DNA of 60,387 nt, taken from assembly GCA_903930455.1 (NCBI GenBank), contig CAIYYT010000070.1:1-60387 (forward strand), in the 5' to 3' direction. Origin of the DNA: an uncultured bacterium. GTDB taxonomy: Bacteria > Zixibacteria > MSB-5A5 > CAIYYT01. Below the pieces are notes generated by a model, which saw nothing but the letters and a program-made list of their open reading frames with translations, searched no databases and was not told where the DNA came from. The position numbers were made by a program, and so were the translations under genes. This document shows, in pieces, positions 8,646 through 17,708 of the stretch (the stretch's first letter is position 1; every line of letters begins with the position of its first letter).

Positions 8646-9518
8646 CTATTTCATTAGCAGCATTTTTTTGGTCTCAGCATAATCACCCGCTTGCAGGCGA
8701 TAGAAGTACACTCCCGAGGAGACTGTCTTGCCGTTCATATCCGTCCCGTTCCAAGTGGTCCAGAAAGCACCGGCGGGAAGGGTACCTACGAGGAGGTCAG
8801 CAACTTCCTGACCGACGATATTATAAACCTTCAAACTTACAGAAGCCGCTCTGGGGATGGCAAAGTGAATCAATGTCGATGGGTTGAATGGATTCGGACT
8901 GTTTTGCCCAAGCGAGTATTCCTGGGGAATGCCAGTGCCCAAGTCCTGCTCGACATTGAGAATGAGTGATGGGGAAAAATCGTTGGTGTCTGTGCTCATC
9001 AAGACATGGGCGAAATCCAGAGTATCCGGAATAAAAGTAAAGCCGGTCTTACTCGGCGTTAGCGTGCCGGTCCAATCGTACGGGGCAAAGAAAGAATAGT
9101 CCCCGCTCCCATCGGCTGTCACCGTTGTGTCTTCACCTGTTCCATAAGTCAGGACTGTGCCGGCCACGCCGGCGTTGCCGGAGATAGTGACTGAATCAAT
9201 CAGGAAATCGTTGCCGCTTGAGCTCGCTCCGACACTGATAAAGACCCGATGGACTGGGCTGAAGACGTAACCGGCTTTGGACGGCGTTAGCGTGCCGGAC
9301 CAGCCGTCCAGAACTTGGAATGCATAGTCGCCAGTCGTCGAGTCGGCGACTATTGTCTGCAGCGTTCCATCGAAATAGGTCAAGGTCGTTCCGGGCGAAC
9401 CGACGATACCGGCGTTGCCGGAAATGGTCATGTGAGCCAGTGCTGAAGTGAAAGACAGGCACACAACTGCGATGGCCAGAACCGCGATTCTGGTGAAATC
9501 ACTTTTGCGATTTCTCAT
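8646..9518 (-). CDS. Secreted protein: two beta-sandwich repeats and a FlgD-Ig/T9SS type-A C-terminal domain
   Basis: Two TISGNAG...GTLTPSK..F.P repeats; C-terminus QNSPNPFNPST...SGVYFYRLQ..KKMLLMK. ATG at 9518 follows GAGGAGG; paralogue of 5908..6615. Confidence 0.88.
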   Translation of the reverse strand: MRNRKSDFTRIAVLAIAVVCLSFTSALAHMTISGNAGIVGSPGTTLTYFDGTLQTIVADSTTGDYAFQVLDGWSGTLTPSKAGYVFSPVHRVFISVGASSSGNDFLIDSVTISGNAGVAGTVLTYGTGEDTTVTADGSGDYSFFAPYDWTGTLTPSKTGFTFIPDTLDFAHVLMSTDTNDFSPSLILNVEQDLGTGIPQEYSLGQNSPNPFNPSTLIHFAIPRAASVSLKVYNIVGQEVADLLVGTLPAGAFWTTWNGTDMNGKTVSSGVYFYRLQAGDYAETKKMLLMK

Positions 9519-9604
9519 AATCAGATTCCTCCCTCTCTGAGATATTCTGAGTCTCTCTATCTTTAGGAACTTTGCCCCCTTTATGCCTATGCGCAACTTC
9601 TACA

Positions 9605-9631
9605 GTATCGGCAGCCCCAGACATTTATTGA
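9605..9631 (-). promoter_or_regulatory. Sigma28 (FliA/SigD)-like promoter
   Basis: Minus strand TCAA-N15-GCCGATAC. Confidence 0.5.
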
Positions 9632-9957
9632 CGCTTCGCTAGAATAAGTGGTAACCTGATGATTGATAATAGGTAATGAGCTTGAGCAGCCAGGGTTTCT
9701 GCGGATCTGGCGCTTTGGCATGATCAAAACCGGACACGCGAATGTCCGGTTCTGCTTTCGATTTCGTCAGGGGGCAAACACTTGCCACAGGGACGAGGGT
9801 AGTGCCGCCTTAGCCTTCGCTCGGTACCTACGGCCAAATCTAGGTTTGGGTGAAGCATTCGTCTGGCAGCGCCAGCAGCTACAGAACCTGACAGCGCACG
9901 AATTCCAAATTCTTGCGTGCGCTGGAATGGCCTGAGCGTGCCTATGACAACCCGATT

Positions 9958-12198
9958 TCATTCATCCCAGTCAACGTCAAGCTTCTTGCCGATATCCTCG
10001 AAAATCGACGTGATGCGTTTTTCCATGGCAATGCGTCTTGCCTTTAGATTGCTCTTCTTAACGTCTATGTCGCGCAACTGAATATGGAACCTCAAACTCT
10101 GTGAGGTACCCGACGGTCTGATTGTCAGGTGATTGAAATCATCCCCAAAGAAGAAGCGAATGCCTTCATCTGGGAAACCGAAAGTGGATGGATCGTCCGG
10201 ATTGTATCCCTGCGTGTAGCCATGCTGGATATCGTACTTGCCGGTCTTGTAGACTTCGAACTTGGTGGCTTTTAGATCGGCGAACTTGACCGTCTTCCCA
10301 GCCTTGACCAGATCCATCAGCGCTTCGGCCTTATGTATCACTTTCATCTTGGTCGAGCGTCCCTCGATGCCTTCATATTGGCCATAAACCGGCGCCGGGC
10401 GATAACCGGTGCGGATCAGTCCGATGCCCGGATCGAGGTAGAGCTTTTCATCAACTAATTCCACAATCGATTTACCAATCGACTTGGCATAGGCAAGCAC
10501 TTCCACAAGCAGAATCGCGGCGAAGATTCCATCCTTATCGCGGACATGGCCGTGCGCGCCCATTGACATGTCGTCCTTGGGTTTGCCCCCAAGAATGCTG
10601 AATCCGTTGGACTGTTCCAGAGCGGCTACGTTGATCGTTGCTCTGGGAGTCAGGTTCTTGAAATCGTAAATCGTCCAGTAGATGTCTTTGGTTATCGGTT
10701 GATCTTCCCAGACGCGCTGAACGGCGGCTGCCAACTGCGCAAAGCCGACCCAGGTTTTAATCCAGGGGATGCCATACTTATCGCACAGAAGTGGCATGAC
10801 GTCGGTCGTTGTGTGTGATTGCACGAAGAAATACTTGCCGAAATCAGTCTTCGCTGCCTTCATCTTCTCCATCCGATACCAGAGCAAAATCGACCAGGCC
10901 GTATCGGCGTCCAGCAACGTATGGTCAGCGCCATAGATCTCGCGGTGGCTTCTGGGTACGGGCACAACCACGCCAACCCGGTCAGCATCGGGGTCTGTGC
11001 CGATCAACATATCGACCTCGGCAAACTGCTTTTCGCCGAATTCTTTGATATATTCGGTGACCGCTTTTTTGGCTGCGAACTTATCCCCCGGATCAGGTTG
11101 TTGGTAGACCTTCTTCCCTTTGGGGCTTTTAAGATCATCAAATGCCGGAAACATCCCGTCAATCGGATTCATAACCGAGATGATATCGAGCTTGTCAATC
11201 TTGAGCGCCTTCACTAATCGTGGCACGGCATCGCGCCCAGCGCCGTTGTACGCACAGAACGCCAGATGCATCTTCTTGGAGTAGCGCTCCACCAGCTTGG
11301 GATCAAGAATAAATGACTTGATCTGCTGGAAGTGCTTCTGATGCATATTGAACGGCTTGCCGGTGTAGTTGTAGTAGCTGACACCCTTCAATCGGCTGCT
11401 ACCACCAAGGAACTCAAGTTGTTCGATGGAGGTATCTTCGAGGCGCGTCTGGTGAATTTCATCAAATCCGGTCTTGCCGATGAACTCGGTCAAGATCAAT
11501 CGTCGTTCGCTGACCGAAAACTGCGAACCGTTGCCGCAGGAGAGCTTGTAACCATTGTAGCGCCGATCATTGTGACTGGCCGAGAGGAGGATACCCATAT
11601 CAGCCTTCACAGTCGGAATGGCGAAAGTCACTTCGGGATAGGGGACAACATCATCAAAGAGATAGACCTTTAGTCCGTAGTAGATGAACACCTCGGCGAC
11701 GATTTTGGCAAAATCCCTTCCACGGATACGGCTGTCATAGCCGATCACCAGCGATTTGAAACCCCGTTGGTTGGCGAACTTGGCGATGGCCGCCGATTTC
11801 TGCATCAGCACGATGTCGTTTATCGTGTTGGGTCCGCGCAAAAACGGCGCATCGATTCCCTGATCGCGCAGCAATTCCAACTCCCAGTCCGAGATCGCGG
11901 CGCGCCCACGGATACCACCGGTGCCGAATTCAACTTCAGTAAAGAACGCTTCGTTAAGATCATCCCAACGATTGGCGAAGATTGCCGCGAAAATGCCCCG
12001 TTTGGCGTTTGGGGATATGCGGGTTAGGTCTGGTGACTCCATCCAGCGACACAGATTTCCGAAAACACCGACCGGCGAGATCGCCTTCTCATATATCAAT
12101 CGGTCAACCGAACCGGATTCAAACTGCCTCTTGAGAAAACTGTTGATTTCGTTTTCGGTGTCCTGCCTAATCGCTTGCCAGATTGTCATTTCGTCCAT
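9958..12198 (-). CDS. Phosphoglucomutase/phosphomannomutase (alpha-D-phosphohexomutase)
   Basis: EFGTGGIRG, phosphoserine loop SASHN..YNGYK, metal loop DPDADR, RDKDG and IRPSGT motifs. Confidence 0.92.
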   Translation of the reverse strand: MDEMTIWQAIRQDTENEINSFLKRQFESGSVDRLIYEKAISPVGVFGNLCRWMESPDLTRISPNAKRGIFAAIFANRWDDLNEAFFTEVEFGTGGIRGRAAISDWELELLRDQGIDAPFLRGPNTINDIVLMQKSAAIAKFANQRGFKSLVIGYDSRIRGRDFAKIVAEVFIYYGLKVYLFDDVVPYPEVTFAIPTVKADMGILLSASHNDRRYNGYKLSCGNGSQFSVSERRLILTEFIGKTGFDEIHQTRLEDTSIEQLEFLGGSSRLKGVSYYNYTGKPFNMHQKHFQQIKSFILDPKLVERYSKKMHLAFCAYNGAGRDAVPRLVKALKIDKLDIISVMNPIDGMFPAFDDLKSPKGKKVYQQPDPGDKFAAKKAVTEYIKEFGEKQFAEVDMLIGTDPDADRVGVVVPVPRSHREIYGADHTLLDADTAWSILLWYRMEKMKAAKTDFGKYFFVQSHTTTDVMPLLCDKYGIPWIKTWVGFAQLAAAVQRVWEDQPITKDIYWTIYDFKNLTPRATINVAALEQSNGFSILGGKPKDDMSMGAHGHVRDKDGIFAAILLVEVLAYAKSIGKSIVELVDEKLYLDPGIGLIRTGYRPAPVYGQYEGIEGRSTKMKVIHKAEALMDLVKAGKTVKFADLKATKFEVYKTGKYDIQHGYTQGYNPDDPSTFGFPDEGIRFFFGDDFNHLTIRPSGTSQSLRFHIQLRDIDVKKSNLKARRIAMEKRITSIFEDIGKKLDVDWDE

Positions 12199-12369
12199 GG
12201 TTATTTCGTCCTCAATTCATATACCAGAAATGTGCATCCGAGCGCATGTTGTGATCTCATCATTCAGTTGAGAAAACTATGATGTGGTGGATAAAATTAC
12301 AAGCAAACAGTTTGATAGGTAGCAGACACTGGCAAGATGGACGAGCAGCCGCAATGCCCTCAGCTACTG

Positions 12370-12768
12370 TTACTCCAGCTTTTTCGCAACCGCCATCAAC
12401 TTGTCTCTAACAATCTTCGCGTGTTGCGCCAAACCCTTATTGCCGGTCGATTCCATCGCTATCACCGGATCAATAAATGCGATGTTCGTGCCACCCTTAT
12501 CATTCTGATACACGATAACGTTGCAGGGGAGTAGCGAGCCGACCTCAAGTTCCAGCCCGAGCGCCTCGTGTGCAATCTTGGGATTGCAGGCGCCGAGAAT
12601 CAGATAGGGCCGGAAATCGACATCGATCTTTTTCTTCAAAGTGGCAGCAACATCAATCTCGGTGAGAATACCGAAGCCCTCCTGCTTCAGGAGTTCCTCG
12701 ATCTTCTGGCGCGCTTGGGGGACCGTCATTTTGGTCTCGACGCCAAATGTATAGTCAGTATTGTACAT
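12370..12768 (-). CDS. DUF302 family protein
   Basis: GFGILTEIDV, PYLILGACNP and LLPCNVIV motifs; GGAGG RBS. Confidence 0.9.
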   Translation of the reverse strand: MYNTDYTFGVETKMTVPQARQKIEELLKQEGFGILTEIDVAATLKKKIDVDFRPYLILGACNPKIAHEALGLELEVGSLLPCNVIVYQNDKGGTNIAFIDPVIAMESTGNKGLAQHAKIVRDKLMAVAKKLE

Positions 12769-12818
12769 AGTCACTGCCTCCTGTGCTTCGACTATCCAAT
12801 CACGAATAGATGCAGCTT

Positions 12819-13985
12819 CTAGATTGCGGCGAAGCCAACGTCAATTGCCTTCTTCAAATCCTCGTACGCCTCTATACCAACCGAAATGCGAATCAGGCCA
12901 TCAGTGATACCAATTGCTTCACGACGCTCCTTCGGTATCGCGGCGTGTGTCATCATGGCTGGATGCTCAATCAGCGATTCCACTCCGCCAAGCGACTCAG
13001 CTAGTGCATAGAGCGGAACCAGTTCGAGAAACTTCAGCGCCGTATTCAGTCCACCCTTGATCTCAAAACTGATAATACCTCCCCCCAGGCGCATCTGACG
13101 CTCTGCGATCTTCTTCTGTGGATGCGAATCAAGTCCCGGATATATCACACGTTCGACTTTGGGATGTTGCTCCAGATACTGTGCCAATTGCAGCGCATTT
13201 TCGCATTGTCGTTCTACCCGCAGTGCCAGCGTCTTGACGCCACGCATTGTCAAAAACGCATCAAACGGCCCCATGACAGCGCCGGCCGCGTTCTGATGGA
13301 ACTTCATTCTCTCGTAGTGAGCATCGTTTGAAGTCATCACGACACCTCCAACGGTGTCGGCATGACCGGCTATATACTTGGTCACCGAATGCAAAACGAT
13401 ATCGGCACCCAAGTCGAGTGGCCGCTGCAGGAACGGTGTTGCAAACGTGTTGTCTACAAGCAGAATCAGCTTGTGGCGGCGAGTCAGTGATGAAATTGCT
13501 CTGATCTCGGTAATCTTCAGCAGCGGATTAGTCGGTGTCTCGATCCAAACCAGTTTGGTGTTGGGTTTGATCGCCGCTTCCACACGATCAGTGAAAGTCG
13601 AATCGACGTAAGTGAACTCGATGCCGTAACCGGCATAAACATGGTTAAACAGTCGTGGTGTTCCGCCATAAAGATCATCCGAAGCGATCACGTGGTCACC
13701 AGCCTTCACCAGCGACAGTACATTTGTCATCGCGGCCATTCCTGACGCGAAACAGAGTCCGTACTTTGCTCCCTCCAGCGATGCCAAACAGACCTCCAGC
13801 GCGCTACGGGTTGGGTTGTTTGTGCGTGAATACTCGTAGCCTTTGTGTTTGCCGACGGCTTCCTGAACGTAGGTGGAAGTCTGATAGATCGGAAAGGTTA
13901 TTGCGCCGGTAGACGGGTCGGGATCTTGACCGGCATGAATTGCATTAGTCTCAAACTGGTGTTCGGCGGGATTATACTTTTTCAA
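12819..13985 (-). CDS. Cystathionine gamma-lyase/gamma-synthase (Cys/Met PLP enzyme)
   Basis: YSRTNNPTR, ETPTNP, DNTFATP, HSVTKYIAGH (PLP Lys) and AESLGGVESL motifs. Position after CBS favours the gamma-lyase. Confidence 0.93.
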   Translation of the reverse strand: MKKYNPAEHQFETNAIHAGQDPDPSTGAITFPIYQTSTYVQEAVGKHKGYEYSRTNNPTRSALEVCLASLEGAKYGLCFASGMAAMTNVLSLVKAGDHVIASDDLYGGTPRLFNHVYAGYGIEFTYVDSTFTDRVEAAIKPNTKLVWIETPTNPLLKITEIRAISSLTRRHKLILLVDNTFATPFLQRPLDLGADIVLHSVTKYIAGHADTVGGVVMTSNDAHYERMKFHQNAAGAVMGPFDAFLTMRGVKTLALRVERQCENALQLAQYLEQHPKVERVIYPGLDSHPQKKIAERQMRLGGGIISFEIKGGLNTALKFLELVPLYALAESLGGVESLIEHPAMMTHAAIPKERREAIGITDGLIRISVGIEAYEDLKKAIDVGFAAI

Positions 13986-15358
13986 CTCTGTGCTCCTGCT
14001 AAATAATCGATCAAATCTATCTTGGTCAGGATACCGACCAGCTTCTTGTTGTCAACGGCGAAAACCACGTCGCAATTCCCCTTGGAAAACATCTCGGCCA
14101 GCCGACTCACCGGTGTCTGCAAGCTTATAGTATGATACTCGGTTTCGATCGCTTCGCGGATCGGGTTAGAGGAGGAGTGCTTGCCGGAGACCAGCATGGC
14201 CAGCAGATCAGACTCGCGAATCAGACCAACCAGTTCATCGTTTTCTAGCACCGGCAACTGCGAAATGTCATGTTGCTTCATTTTGTCGATCACGGCCAGC
14301 ATTGAATCGCCAGCCGCCGCGCTGAAGATCGGCGCGTTACCTTTGCGATTTAACATCTGCTGTACGCTTCCCAGATCGGGGCGATCGTCAAGAAATCCCC
14401 AATCGCGCATCCATTCATCCGAAAAGAGCTTGGACAAATAGCGCGTGCCGCTGTCGGGAAGAACTACAACTATCCGTTTGCCCGGTCCCGCCTTCTTGGC
14501 CACTTGCAGCGCACCCCAGACGGCGGCGCCGGAAGAACCCCCGGTAAACATTCCTTCCTTGGTAGTGAGTTCGCGCGCAGTGCGAAAACAGTCTTTGTCG
14601 GTGACTTGAATCATATCATCAACAATCGAGAAATCCATCGCCTGCGTAATCATGTCTTCGCCGATACCTTCAACCTTGTACACCTCCGGCAGTCCCGGCT
14701 TGCCGGTCTTGAAGTAGTCATAAAAGACCGACCCGTATGGATCGACAGCGACGATTTGGACTTTGGGGTCTTGCTCCTTCAAATATCGACCCGCGCCCGA
14801 CAACGTTCCCCCGGTGCCGATGCCGGCGACAAAATAGTCGATGCGTCCTTCCATATCCTCCCAGATTTCCGGCCCGGTCAGCTTATAGTGCGCCTCGATA
14901 TTTTTGGGATTGTGATACTGATTCAGGTAGAACGATCCGGGTGTCTCGCGGTGAATTCGTTTGGCAGTTTCGTAGTATGACTCCGGGCTGTCGGCGGGGA
15001 CATTGGTCTTGGTAACAACCACTTTGGCGCCGAAGGCTTTGAGCAGGTTAATTTTTTCATCAGACATTTTGTCCGGTATCGTGAAAATCGTTTTGTAGCC
15101 CTTCACCGCAGCCACGATCGCGACGCCAACTCCGGTGTTGCCCGATGTATTTTCCACGATCGTGCCCCCCGGCTTCAACTCGCCGCGTCGCTCGGCATCC
15201 TCAATGATATATTTCGCCATGCGATCTTTGATCGATCCGCCCGGGTTCAGGAATTCAAGTTTGGCATAAACCTCGGCAGCGCCTGCCGGTACCATTCGTT
15301 TCAATTTTACCAGCGGCGTATTGCCGATCGCTTGTAGGATGTCGTTCACTTTGGCCAT
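13982..15358 (-). CDS. cbs: Cystathionine beta-synthase with C-terminal CBS domains
   Basis: KLEFLNPGGSIKDR, TSGNTG, GIGTGGT, EGIGED and PDSGTRYLSK motifs plus a CBS pair. ATG at 15358 follows GAGG. Confidence 0.9.
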   Translation of the reverse strand: MAKVNDILQAIGNTPLVKLKRMVPAGAAEVYAKLEFLNPGGSIKDRMAKYIIEDAERRGELKPGGTIVENTSGNTGVGVAIVAAVKGYKTIFTIPDKMSDEKINLLKAFGAKVVVTKTNVPADSPESYYETAKRIHRETPGSFYLNQYHNPKNIEAHYKLTGPEIWEDMEGRIDYFVAGIGTGGTLSGAGRYLKEQDPKVQIVAVDPYGSVFYDYFKTGKPGLPEVYKVEGIGEDMITQAMDFSIVDDMIQVTDKDCFRTARELTTKEGMFTGGSSGAAVWGALQVAKKAGPGKRIVVVLPDSGTRYLSKLFSDEWMRDWGFLDDRPDLGSVQQMLNRKGNAPIFSAAAGDSMLAVIDKMKQHDISQLPVLENDELVGLIRESDLLAMLVSGKHSSSNPIREAIETEYHTISLQTPVSRLAEMFSKGNCDVVFAVDNKKLVGILTKIDLIDYLAGAQS

Positions 15359-15595
15359 TCTCAACCTCAATAACGCTTGTCGTTGCTCCTGCCGAAGCCA
15401 TCGGGAGAGTTTACATTCTGTTTTGACACAGGATGACTCGATGCCTCGGTTTGCAACGAAAGTAGATTTACATAGTCTGGTTTATCGCTTTCCCGGAATG
15501 CAGATACGCTATTCTGCAAACCACGAGGAAAGCGACCAGAACCGTTAGTTGCCTCGTTCCACCCTTTGCCCTATTTTGGGGCGAAGGAGATACGT

Positions 15596-16351
15596 ATGGT
15601 ACGTGTGAAAGGGTTGTTTGGCAAGACCGCATTGATAACCGGCGCGGGACGCGGAATCGGTCGCGCAACGGCTATGATGTTCGCCGAGCAGGGGGCCGAT
15701 CTCATTCTGATTGCGCGCACGGCTCTGCAACTGGACGAAACGGCCACACTCTGCAAAACCATCAACAGTGGCGTTTGTGTTTTGTCTGTCCCCACTGATC
15801 TGGCCGACCTGAAGCAAATTGACCGGTTTTTTGAATTGGCAAACGAGCGCCGCATGACAGTCGATATCCTAATCAACAACGCGGCTGTTTTTGCGGCCGG
15901 ACGTTCCCGCGAGTTTCCTGTCAACCAGTTCCAACATCTGCTCGACATAAATCTGCTCGCCCCCTACTACCTATGTCAGAGAGTTATACCAATGATGGAC
16001 CAGAAGCGCGGGGGGACAATCGTCAATGTTTCCTCGCTCTCCGGCTGTTTCGGAACGACCAAGTTCCCCGGTTTTGGCGCCTATAATATCAGCAAATACG
16101 GTCTCTGGGGACTTACTGAGATTCTCGCTTTGGAAAACAAAGAGTACAACATCCGGGTCAACCAAATCTCATTGAGCGGCGTCGACACGCAAATGTTCTT
16201 AGAAGCTGCACCCCCCGGTGTCAAAGCCGATTTGACACCGGAGCAAGTTGCCGCCGAGATTCTGTATCTTGTCTCGGACGAATCCGCCCCCAGAACCGGT
16301 GGTAATCTGATACTGGATGGCAAGTCCCGCCGATGGCAGTCAGATGATTGA
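15596..16351 (+). CDS. Short-chain dehydrogenase/reductase
   Basis: TGAGRGIG, INNAA and YNISK motifs. ATG at 15596 follows AAGGAG. Confidence 0.92.
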   Translation: MVRVKGLFGKTALITGAGRGIGRATAMMFAEQGADLILIARTALQLDETATLCKTINSGVCVLSVPTDLADLKQIDRFFELANERRMTVDILINNAAVFAAGRSREFPVNQFQHLLDINLLAPYYLCQRVIPMMDQKRGGTIVNVSSLSGCFGTTKFPGFGAYNISKYGLWGLTEILALENKEYNIRVNQISLSGVDTQMFLEAAPPGVKADLTPEQVAAEILYLVSDESAPRTGGNLILDGKSRRWQSDD

Positions 16352-17240
16352 CATTGAGCGGGCGCATAAGATTCCCGCTTCGAGGCGATATTTCAATATC
16401 TCCGTCATCTGGATTTTCTACCGCAGCGCTGTCTTGCGACTTCTCTATTGGTTACGCGTCCCGCACGAACTGGTTACTCTCGCTTCAATCGGGTCCGGGT
16501 TATTCTCGGCTGTGATGTTCTATCAGGGTAGCCTGATTCCCGCCGCTGTGCTTCTGCACCTGAAGGATGTTCTCGACGCGTGTGATGGTGGATTGGCGCG
16601 TCTGACCGATAGAGGACATCTAATCGGCAGATATCTCGACTCGCTCGGTGACTTTCTGGTGCTGGCCTCGGTGGTGATTGCCATCTCCCTGCACGCCTAC
16701 TCGTTAGGTCAACAGCATTATCTTGTTTGGGGGTTGGCAGCCCTATTTTCGATTTTCATCCAGTGCTCCTTCTTCAATTTCTACCAGATCGCATACGTCG
16801 AGCGATATGGGATCAACTCACTTAACTCCAAACGGGATGAAAGCGGTCGTGACGATCTCGATGTCGGCGCTTTATCCGGTCCGTCAAGACTCCTTTTGAA
16901 ACTGCTGCGGTTCGCATATATTGTAGTGTATAGTTGGCAGGACAAGCTTGTGGCGGCGGTAGACAACGCGCTGCTAAAACGGTGCGTCATCTGCCCCAAA
17001 AGAGATTGGTACGGAGACAAAGCGCTGATGGTACTGCAATCCCCCTTGTGTTTCGGCACTCACATTTTTGTCTTGATTGTATGCGCCTTGCTGGGGCGGC
17101 CACAGTACGGACTGATTTTTGTCGTCATAGCCATGAACCTTTATCTGCTCTTTGTGTTGTATTATCGCAGAAATCACTTCCTCAGACGGTTACCGCAACT
17201 CGGACCCGATGCCGAGGTCGTGCAAGGCAAGGAAATATGA
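16344..17240 (+). CDS. CDP-alcohol phosphotransferase family membrane protein
   Basis: Signature D-VL-DACDGGLAR...GRYLDSLGD; several TM segments. Confidence 0.88.
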   Translation: MIDIERAHKIPASRRYFNISVIWIFYRSAVLRLLYWLRVPHELVTLASIGSGLFSAVMFYQGSLIPAAVLLHLKDVLDACDGGLARLTDRGHLIGRYLDSLGDFLVLASVVIAISLHAYSLGQQHYLVWGLAALFSIFIQCSFFNFYQIAYVERYGINSLNSKRDESGRDDLDVGALSGPSRLLLKLLRFAYIVVYSWQDKLVAAVDNALLKRCVICPKRDWYGDKALMVLQSPLCFGTHIFVLIVCALLGRPQYGLIFVVIAMNLYLLFVLYYRRNHFLRRLPQLGPDAEVVQGKEI

Positions 17241-17644
17241 AGACTACGATTACCAAGCGCGTTACGTTTTGTGCCGGTCACCGGCTTTTCAATCCCCAAT
17301 TTAGCGATGAGAAAAATCTGATCGTATTCGGTGAGTGCGCCAATCCCAACGGACACGGCCACAACTACGTGCTTGAAGTCAGCGTCACCGGCGCGGTTGA
17401 TCCTGAGACCAGTATGATCATCAGTCTTAAGGATCTCAAGGCCATAATCGATTCTGAGATCGTGTCGCGCATCGATCATAAGAACTTGAATCTAGACGTT
17501 GACTTCCTGCGGGGTCTGATTCCAACCACGGAGACGCTTGCCAACAAGATCTGGGAAATTCTCGACGCCCGCTTTGGTGGTGGAATGTTAGCCAAGATCG
17601 TTCTCTGGGAATCGGAAAATAACCGCTTCGAGGTGACGAGATGA
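17237..17644 (+). CDS. 6-pyruvoyl-tetrahydropterin synthase (PTPS/QueD family)
   Basis: FCAGHRL, FGECANPNGHGHNY, IDHKNLN, PTTE and LWESENN motifs. ATG at 17237 overlaps the upstream stop. Confidence 0.92.
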   Translation: MKTTITKRVTFCAGHRLFNPQFSDEKNLIVFGECANPNGHGHNYVLEVSVTGAVDPETSMIISLKDLKAIIDSEIVSRIDHKNLNLDVDFLRGLIPTTETLANKIWEILDARFGGGMLAKIVLWESENNRFEVTR

Positions 17645-17708
17645 CTACGACTCGCAAAGTCAGGCGAAGAACATTCCGGCTACGTTCTTGCACATTGGAG
17701 TTGGCGAA

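Noticed and set aside
9540-9585. GGGCAAA...TAAA...GAGAC in the CTD-gene leader, resembling a c-di-GMP-I riboswitch
   Set aside because: The stem around the tetraloop does not pair, and there is no GACGCAAA or second hairpin.
15359-15595. SAM riboswitch upstream of cbs
   Set aside because: No S-box core motifs were found on the minus strand.
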